Source: an uncultured Alcaligenaceae bacterium (lineage in GTDB: Bacteria; Pseudomonadota; Gammaproteobacteria; Burkholderiales; JACQAP01). From it: a stretch of DNA of 48,407 bases. The DNA lies in the NCBI GenBank assembly GCA_964396485.1, contig CAYNFN010000413.1:1-48407 (forward strand). The letters are read 5' to 3'. Within the stretch, counting starts at the first letter, position 1; the number at the start of each line of letters is the position of its first letter. The notes under the pieces were generated by a model that worked only from the letters and a program-made list of their open reading frames with translations, was not told where the DNA came from and made no database searches. This document shows, piece by piece, positions 42,818 through 48,407 of the stretch. Made by a program: the position numbers and the translations under genes.

Positions 42818-44379
42818 GCTTTGCCGTTCTCGCTGTAGTTCGCCTGCTGCTCAGCCAAGTCGATCTTGCCGCCTACATCCTCCGGCGTAACCGGCACGTT
42901 GCCGTCCACCTCGCATTCGCACGCCGCGGCCACCGAACCGAGTATCGTCGCGATCGCGTCAGACCCGGTGGCAAGCTTGGCGAGCGTTGCGTAAGCAAGA
43001 AGTGCATCGCCCGCTCCCACCGCATCGACCACTCGATCCACGAACGAGTCAATGACGATGAATGACTCAAGCGATTCGTGATTGCCACTGCGGCACGTAA
43101 GCACGCCGCGCTCACCAAGCTTCAGGATCAGAGTCTTGCATTGCGCCGCGTCGTAAAGAGAGGACGCAAGCGGGCGGATTCCGGAGTCCTGGTCGGCGAG
43201 CGCGAACCGCGCCTCGCGCTCGTTCGGCGTGATGAGGTCGAACCCCTTGAATTCGGTGATGTTGCCCCAGCGGCTCGCAACCTGGCTGTCGGCTACCTTG
43301 AACCGCCCTGCCGGAATCGCATCCACCAGCCGCGGGATAGTGCGGCGGTTGAAGACGCCGTGCCGGAAGTCGCTGAACACGACCGCATCCGAGGGCACCT
43401 CACGCACCGCGGCGGCGAGCTTCTCCACGATCTCGTCCGAGATCGAGCGGTTGTCCAGCGTGTCGATTTTGAGCAGACGGTAGCCACCGGCGACGATGGC
43501 GTTCTTGTTGGTCGTCGGGCGGGTCTTGTCGATGATGGCGCGGCAGTCCACGCCACGCTTTTTCAGCCCATCGAGGACGAAGTCCTTGAGACTGTCGTCG
43601 CCCAGCACGGTGGAGAACACCACTTCGGCCCCCGCAGCGCGGAGATGCTCTGCTACCACTGCTGCACCCCCGATGTAATCGTCGCGACGCTCGTAGAGCA
43701 CGCTCATGGTCGGCGTCTTGGTCTGGCCGCCCACCATCGCGGTCTGGGTGTAGCTGTCCACGATCGTGTCGCCGACGACATGAACGCGGTATTGCCCCAT
43801 TTTCTTGAGCGCGGCACGCAGCGAGTCGAAGGTGAGCCCTTCGCTGTCCATGAAGGTGAGCAGCTTCTCGCTCTTGATGGAGGGCGGCGCAAGGTCAATG
43901 AGGCGCGTGGACGAATAGACAATATCGCCCGGGGTGAAGATTATCTCGCCGCCGTAGGCCTTGAGCGCGTCGACCTCTTCCTGAGTCTTGGCGGGCAGAC
44001 CGGCCGCGGTGTACTCGTAGCCCTTGGCGAAGAAATCCGGCTGCAGCAGCACGATGTTCTCGAGCGGAGTCGGATTGCGGTCGATGACCACGTAGTCGAC
44101 CATCTCGAACGCCGCCAGGTTGAGCGCTCGCAGCTGCTGCGGAATGTGGGGACGGTGCTGGCCCTTGCTGATGTGGCGGTCGGCGGTGAGACTGGCGACG
44201 AGAATGTCCGCCTTGGTTTTCGCGTAGAGCAGGTGCCGCACGTGCCCGGGATGCACGACGTCGAACACGCCGTGGCACATGATGACTTTCTTCTGGCGCG
44301 GCCGCGCGCCGAGAATTGGTTTCAGTTCCTCCGGCGTCTTGATCTTGTGCCGGTATTTTTCGGTCAGCGAGGACAGCAA
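42814..44379 (-). CDS. Bifunctional sugar-1-phosphate nucleotidyltransferase (cytidylyltransferase fold, N-terminal) / PfkB sugar kinase (C-terminal): HldE-like but in reversed domain order
   Basis: 521-aa ORF. TTG start with AGGAG 7 nt upstream. N-domain CHGVFDVVHPGHVRHL (HxGH). C-domain HVVGDTIVDSY ... DAVGAGDALLAY (PfkB motif). Confidence 0.9.
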   Translation of the reverse strand: MLSSLTEKYRHKIKTPEELKPILGARPRQKKVIMCHGVFDVVHPGHVRHLLYAKTKADILVASLTADRHISKGQHRPHIPQQLRALNLAAFEMVDYVVIDRNPTPLENIVLLQPDFFAKGYEYTAAGLPAKTQEEVDALKAYGGEIIFTPGDIVYSSTRLIDLAPPSIKSEKLLTFMDSEGLTFDSLRAALKKMGQYRVHVVGDTIVDSYTQTAMVGGQTKTPTMSVLYERRDDYIGGAAVVAEHLRAAGAEVVFSTVLGDDSLKDFVLDGLKKRGVDCRAIIDKTRPTTNKNAIVAGGYRLLKIDTLDNRSISDEIVEKLAAAVREVPSDAVVFSDFRHGVFNRRTIPRLVDAIPAGRFKVADSQVASRWGNITEFKGFDLITPNEREARFALADQDSGIRPLASSLYDAAQCKTLILKLGERGVLTCRSGNHESLESFIVIDSFVDRVVDAVGAGDALLAYATLAKLATGSDAIATILGSVAAACECEVDGNVPVTPEDVGGKIDLAEQQANYSENGKA

Positions 44380-44389
44380 GGTTTAACTC

Positions 44390-45382
44390 CTACCTGAGAT
44401 ACTCGAACCATGTCCTGGTCGCCCGGGCGATCGAATCCGGCTCCCACAGCGGAGCATTCTTCCAGTATGCGATGTCGGCGAGAATCCTCCCCACGCCTTC
44501 CTCGAAGCTCACCTGTGGCGCCCAGCCTAAGTCGGCCTTGATCGGTGCGATGTCCGCCCAGGTGCAATCAGGCTCGCCCGGGCGCTTCGGAATATAGACT
44601 CTCTCGCCGCCGAGCAGCTCGATCAATCGGTTGACCGACTGCGGATTGCCGGCACCCAGGTTCCAGAAGCGCCCCGTGAGCCCGGTTTCGGCTGCCGCGA
44701 GAAAAGCGGTTGCTACATCCGTGCCATATAGGAAGTCGCGCCGCTGGCTGCCATCGCCGACCACTGTGTACGGCTTGCCGGCGAGCTTCTGCCTTAGGAA
44801 TACACCGAACACCGCACCGTAGGCACCCGAGGTGCGCGAACGGGTGCCGTAAGCGTTAAAGATGCGGATCGAATTCACCGGCAATTTGTAGACCCGGTGC
44901 CAATGGAACGCGGCCTGCTCGCCCTGGTACTTGGAGAGCGCGTACGGATACTGCGGCGCGATCGGGTGGTCGGCGCGCGTCGGCACCTCGGCTAGGCCGT
45001 AGCACGACGATGACGCGGCGTAGACGAACTTCTGCACGCCGGCATGCCGCGCGCATTCGAGCACGTGCACGGTGCCGAGTACGTTTGCCGACATGTACTC
45101 GGTGGGCTGCTCGATCGAAGGCACGATGTCGCCGATGCCGGCGAAGTGAAACACGTATTTTGCGCCGCGAAACAGCACGTCGTCGGGGGCGTAGCTGCGG
45201 ATGTCGCGCTCCTCCAGCATGAAATCCGGATTGCGCGCGTGTTGCGTCAGATTCTCGCGCCGGCCGCCAAAGAGATTGTCCATGGCGCGCACCGCATACC
45301 CCCTTTGCAGCAGGAGGTCCACCATGTGGCTGCCGATGAACCCGGCGCCGCCCGTGACGACGGCGATCGGGTGCGAGGTCAT
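44390..45382 (-). CDS. Extended-SDR NAD-dependent sugar epimerase/dehydratase
   Basis: Trimmed to the ATG at 45382 (ATGA overlap). AVVTGGAGFIGSHMV, ASSSCYG, YALSKYQGE. Confidence 0.9.
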   Translation of the reverse strand: MTSHPIAVVTGGAGFIGSHMVDLLLQRGYAVRAMDNLFGGRRENLTQHARNPDFMLEERDIRSYAPDDVLFRGAKYVFHFAGIGDIVPSIEQPTEYMSANVLGTVHVLECARHAGVQKFVYAASSSCYGLAEVPTRADHPIAPQYPYALSKYQGEQAAFHWHRVYKLPVNSIRIFNAYGTRSRTSGAYGAVFGVFLRQKLAGKPYTVVGDGSQRRDFLYGTDVATAFLAAAETGLTGRFWNLGAGNPQSVNRLIELLGGERVYIPKRPGEPDCTWADIAPIKADLGWAPQVSFEEGVGRILADIAYWKNAPLWEPDSIARATRTWFEYLR

Positions 45383-46386
45383 GCCGCCTTGAGTTCCTTC
45401 AGCCGGCGGACGTTGAAGTAGAACGTGTCGTCCATGCTTTTCGGCAACTTGCCCGCCTTGAACGCCCTGCACAGGTCGCGCACGGCGTCCTCAATCTTGT
45501 ACTTGGGCTGAAAACCGATCACGCGCCGGATCTTGTCGGAATTGACGTGGTAGGAGCGAATGTCATCGGTTGGCGTGGTGACGATTGGGATCTCGCCCTT
45601 CTCCGGGAATTCCTCCTGCGCGATGCGCTTGACGATCTGCGCAATCTCCATGATGGAGAGGTTCTGGACGCCAGCGTTGAAGGTCTGGCCAGCAATCTTG
45701 TCGTCAGGAACCTCGAGCAGAAGTTTGTAGAGGTCGCACATGTCCTGGACGTGCAGGTTGGGGCGCTTCTGCGAACCGCCGAACACTGTGATCTTGCCGG
45801 CGTTGATGGCGTGGTTGGTGAGAATATTGACAGAGAGATCGAGGCGTTGGCGCGGCGCGTAGCCGCACAGCGTTGCCGGCCGGATCGTCACGCACACGAA
45901 CTCGGGCGACTGGTGCTTGAACAGGAGCGGCTCGCACATGCCTTTGTACTTGTTGTAGAGCGTGAGCGGCACCAGCGGATGGTCTTCGGTGACGTCGGGC
46001 GACTCCGAAACGCCATAGACCGAGCTGGAGGAGCAATAGATGAAGCGCTTCACGCCGGCCTTCTTCGCCGCAACGACCATCGGCTCGAAGGCGTCCAGGT
46101 TGATCGTGGTCGAGAGCTTCTCGTCCAGCTCGAAGCTCGCGTCGTTCGAGATGCAGGCGAGGTTGATGACCGCCTCGATGCCTTTGAATTCCTCCGCAAG
46201 CTTTTTCGTATCGCGGATATCGGCCTTCACCACCTTCAGATTGGGATTGCTCTTCGGCAGGAAGTGATCGCCGAAGTACATGACGTCCAGAGCGGTGACC
46301 TTGTAGCCCGCCTCGAGAAGCTGCGGCACGAGAAGGCTTCCCACATAGCCGGCGCCGCCGGTGACGAGTACGTTCTTGAATCTCAT
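45379..46386 (-). CDS. Extended-SDR NAD-dependent sugar epimerase
   Basis: 335-aa ORF. VLVTGGAGYVGS, SSSSVYG, YNKYKGMCE. Confidence 0.9.
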   Translation of the reverse strand: MRFKNVLVTGGAGYVGSLLVPQLLEAGYKVTALDVMYFGDHFLPKSNPNLKVVKADIRDTKKLAEEFKGIEAVINLACISNDASFELDEKLSTTINLDAFEPMVVAAKKAGVKRFIYCSSSSVYGVSESPDVTEDHPLVPLTLYNKYKGMCEPLLFKHQSPEFVCVTIRPATLCGYAPRQRLDLSVNILTNHAINAGKITVFGGSQKRPNLHVQDMCDLYKLLLEVPDDKIAGQTFNAGVQNLSIMEIAQIVKRIAQEEFPEKGEIPIVTTPTDDIRSYHVNSDKIRRVIGFQPKYKIEDAVRDLCRAFKAGKLPKSMDDTFYFNVRRLKELKAA

Positions 46387-46387
46387 A

Positions 46388-47122
46388 TCAGGCTGCCGCG
46401 CGGGTGGCGATCGTGTAGCCCGCCGCTTTCGCGTCCTTGTAGAACATTTCCACGGTCTCCAATGAATAAGTGTCGAGGTTCTTGCCGACGAGCGCGAGCT
46501 TCTTGAGGATGTCGTTCGTGGCGGTGATGATGTGGCAACCGATCGCGTCGGCCTGGAAGATGTTGAGCAGCTCCCGCGGGCTCGCCCAGATCAGTTCCGC
46601 CTTGGGTTTCGCGCGCATGATCTTCACGGCTTCGGCCATGAGCGGCACCGGGTCGCGGCCGGTGTCAGCGATGCGCCCTGCGAACACGGAGATGATCGCC
46701 GGAGTGTCCGGCGCCAGGCGCTCTGTAACACGTCGCACCTGGTCGAGTGTGAGGAGCGCGGTGACGTTGAGTTTCACGCCCGCCTTGGAGAGCCGCTCGA
46801 TGAGCGATCCCGAGAACTCACCCTTGGTGTTGGTCACCGGAATCTTGACGCTGACGTTCCTGCCCCAAGACGCGATCTCGAGCGCCTGTTGCTCCATCTG
46901 GCCGAAATCGTCGGCGAACACCTCGAACGACACCGGCCGGTCGGAGATCGCTCGCAGCACTTCGTGCGCGAAAGCCTTGTAATCGGCCACGCCCGCCTTG
47001 CGCATCAAGGTCGGGTTGGTGGTGAAGCCCTTGATCAACGGGTTCGCGGCCATTTCCTTCATGCCCGCGAGATCGGCGCCGTCGGCGAAAAGTTTTACCT
47101 TGAGGGCCTTGAGATCGGCCAT
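46388..47122 (-). CDS. Small (TalC/Fsa-type) transaldolase / fructose-6-phosphate-aldolase-family enzyme
   Basis: 244-aa ORF. FADGADL, GFTTNPTLM, Schiff-base Lys context NVSVKIPVT, SVFAGRIAD. GGGAG lies upstream of the ATG. Confidence 0.9.
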   Translation of the reverse strand: MADLKALKVKLFADGADLAGMKEMAANPLIKGFTTNPTLMRKAGVADYKAFAHEVLRAISDRPVSFEVFADDFGQMEQQALEIASWGRNVSVKIPVTNTKGEFSGSLIERLSKAGVKLNVTALLTLDQVRRVTERLAPDTPAIISVFAGRIADTGRDPVPLMAEAVKIMRAKPKAELIWASPRELLNIFQADAIGCHIITATNDILKKLALVGKNLDTYSLETVEMFYKDAKAAGYTIATRAAA

Positions 47123-47135
47123 TTGAACTCCCTGA

Positions 47136-47678
47136 CTAGAGTTGTCGGACGGACAGCAGGATAAGCTTGACCGCGTCAGGCAGCGATTTTACCGCAACAT
47201 ACGGTTTATCCGGGTATTTTTCCTCGTAATTTCGCTCGACGAAGTAAGCCTTGCAGCCTGCAGCGTGTGCGGCGCCGATGTCGCGCCAACGATCCCCGAC
47301 AAGAAAACTCGCCGCGAGATCGATTCCTTTCTCCGAGGCAGCTTCGAGCAGCATCCCGGGCTTGGGCTTGCGGCAGGCGCAGTTTTCCTCGGCGACGTGA
47401 TAGCAGACCTTGACCGCGTCGATCGCGAGCGAGGCGAGCAATCGCGCGTGCATCGCCTCGACCACCTCTCGGCGCTGCTTGCCGGTCGCGACGTCGGGCT
47501 GATTGGTGACGACCACATTTAGAAAGCCCGCCGCGCGCAACTGCTCGAGCACGTCGGGAACCCCCGGCAGGATTTCGAATTCGGCAAGCGAATCAGGTGG
47601 ATAGGGCTTGCCATCGCGCACCACGGCCCGGTTGATGACGCCGTCGCGGTCGAGAAAGACCGCCCGCCGGCCTACCAC
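47136..47678 (-). CDS. gmhB: HAD-IIIA sugar bisphosphate phosphatase (D,D-heptose 1,7-bisphosphate phosphatase-like)
   Basis: 180-aa ORF with a GTG start overlapping the upstream stop. AVFLDRDGVIN, VVTNQPDVATG, FLVGDRWRD. Confidence 0.85.
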   Translation of the reverse strand: MVGRRAVFLDRDGVINRAVVRDGKPYPPDSLAEFEILPGVPDVLEQLRAAGFLNVVVTNQPDVATGKQRREVVEAMHARLLASLAIDAVKVCYHVAEENCACRKPKPGMLLEAASEKGIDLAASFLVGDRWRDIGAAHAAGCKAYFVERNYEEKYPDKPYVAVKSLPDAVKLILLSVRQL

Positions 47679-48253
47679 TTGGTCGCGGTCTGCTGCAGCG
47701 CCGGGTGCGACACCAGGCAGTGCCAGACGACCGCGTGGAAGGCTTCTGTGTGGGGCGTCACGCGGGACGCGTCCACGGTGGGAACCACGATCACGCAGTC
47801 ACCTACCTGCTTGGTGTAGCCGCCGTCGCGCCCGACCACGCCGAAGACTTTCATGCCGCGGCTCTTGGCTTCCTTGAGGCCAGCGACGATATTGGGGCTG
47901 ACGTTTTTCTCAAGGTTGCCGCCGCCCACCGAAAACACGAACACCGCGTCCTTGTCGTTGCCGCGGCTCGTCTTGAGCCAGGCGGAAAACACCGTGTCCC
48001 AGCCCTCATCGTTGGTGCGGGCAGTGAGCTCGGACACGTTGTCGGTCGGCGCGTAGGCTTCGATGCCACATAGCTTCCGAAAGTCGTTCACCGCGTGCCC
48101 GCAATTTCCGGCGCTGCCGCCGACACCGAGAAAGAACAGCCGCCCGCCGCCCTCGCGCAATGCCGCGAGCTCGCGCGCAAGGCGCTCGATCGCGGCAAGA
48201 TCGATGGTCTGCGCGACTTTGACGACTTCCTGAAAGTAGGTCTGGGTGTGCAT
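47672..48253 (-). CDS. gmhA: SIS-domain sugar-phosphate isomerase (phosphoheptose isomerase-like)
   Basis: Trimmed to the ATG at 48253 (MHTQTYFQEV...). LFFLGVGGSAGNCGHAVNDF, VFSVGGGN. First gene of the long minus operon. Confidence 0.9.
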   Translation of the reverse strand: MHTQTYFQEVVKVAQTIDLAAIERLARELAALREGGGRLFFLGVGGSAGNCGHAVNDFRKLCGIEAYAPTDNVSELTARTNDEGWDTVFSAWLKTSRGNDKDAVFVFSVGGGNLEKNVSPNIVAGLKEAKSRGMKVFGVVGRDGGYTKQVGDCVIVVPTVDASRVTPHTEAFHAVVWHCLVSHPALQQTATKW

Positions 48254-48277
48254 GGAGAAGGGCCGAAAAAGGATCAA

Positions 48278-48306
48278 ATTATAGAATGCCGCCTTCCCCT
48301 TCGTAA
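48278..48306 (-). promoter_or_regulatory. Candidate sigma70-type promoter of the 20-gene minus-strand operon
   Basis: Perfect TATAAT on the minus strand at 48283-48278, 24 nt upstream of the ATG at 48253. TTACGA (3/6 to TTGACA) at 48306-48301 with a 17-bp spacer. On the plus strand TAGAAT (48282-48287) faces the divergent gene. Confidence 0.4.
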
Positions 48307-48311
48307 CCCGG

Positions 48312-48407
48312 ATGGACCCTCTCGTCACCGCGGCCGTGCTCGCCGCCTCTCTCCTGCATGCGTCCTGGCATGCGCTCGTCAAATCGAGCGGCGACCAGGT
48401 GATCGCG
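48312..48407 (+). CDS. 5' end of a divergent gene, possibly an EamA/DMT-type membrane transporter (window-truncated)
   Basis: The ATG at 48312 opens a stop-free frame to the window end: MDPLVTAAVLAASLLHASWHALVKSSGDQVIA. It is hydrophobic, and the LLHASW.ALVK pattern recalls DMT-family N-termini. Too short for a firm call. Confidence 0.35.
   Translation, partial: MDPLVTAAVLAASLLHASWHALVKSSGDQVIA

Noticed and set aside
43078-46506. Antisense ORFs 43078-44397(+) 439 aa and 45547-46506(+) 319 aa, opposite the kinase/nucleotidyltransferase and SDR genes.
   Set aside because: They have no domain motifs and a composition typical of antisense frames (rich in R, D, V, H, L). The opposite strand encodes proteins with unambiguous HxGH, PfkB and GxxGxxG/YxxxK motifs.
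1-48407. Search for CRISPR arrays, IS/transposase or integrase genes, tRNA/rRNA genes, toxin-antitoxin or phage-defence cassettes.
   Set aside because: I noticed no repeat-spacer periodicity, terminal inverted repeats, recombinase motifs or RNA-gene-like conserved stretches. Non-coding DNA totals only a few hundred bp in short spacers.

Overview
GC-rich bacterial chromosomal segment. I saw no rRNA, tRNA, CRISPR, IS or phage genes. Almost the whole window is one very large cell-surface glycan (O-antigen/CPS-type) biosynthesis locus. It holds about 47 tightly packed genes in six alternating transcription blocks: +1257-7330, -9847-7327, +9983-12156, -17973-12141, +18158-29009 and -48253-28993. 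Export appears ABC-transporter dependent (wzm/wzt at 15453-17019); no wzx/wzy was seen.

Gene content:
- GT2 glycosyltransferases.
- Four divergent paralogues of an unnamed GT-A-like family.
- Seven SAM methyltransferases and three DegT-type aminotransferases.
- LbH and AAC(3)-like N-acyltransferases.
- A radical-SAM enzyme.
- A PP-loop N-acetyl-sugar amidotransferase paired with a nitrilase-superfamily protein.
- A PAPS-synthesis pair (cysD/cysNC) plus a sulfotransferase.
- A polyprenyl-phosphate GT2 plus a large polytopic membrane protein.
- A 20-gene, translationally coupled minus-strand operon.

That operon combines a gmhA/gmhB/kinase-nucleotidyltransferase sugar-activation module with its own transaldolase and split transketolase. 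It also carries several SDRs and a Gfo/Idh/MocA oxidoreductase next to a UDP-glucose-dehydrogenase-family protein whose catalytic Cys is replaced by Asn.

The most interesting reading is a lincosamine-like (LmbR/N/K/P/O plus LmbL/Z/M/S-type) higher-carbon (C7/C8) amino/deoxy-sugar nucleotide pathway used for a methylated, sulfated polysaccharide.

All family calls rest on motifs read by eye from the supplied translations. No database search or alignment statistics were run. Start codons of several genes are trimmed relative to the ORF track and remain provisional.
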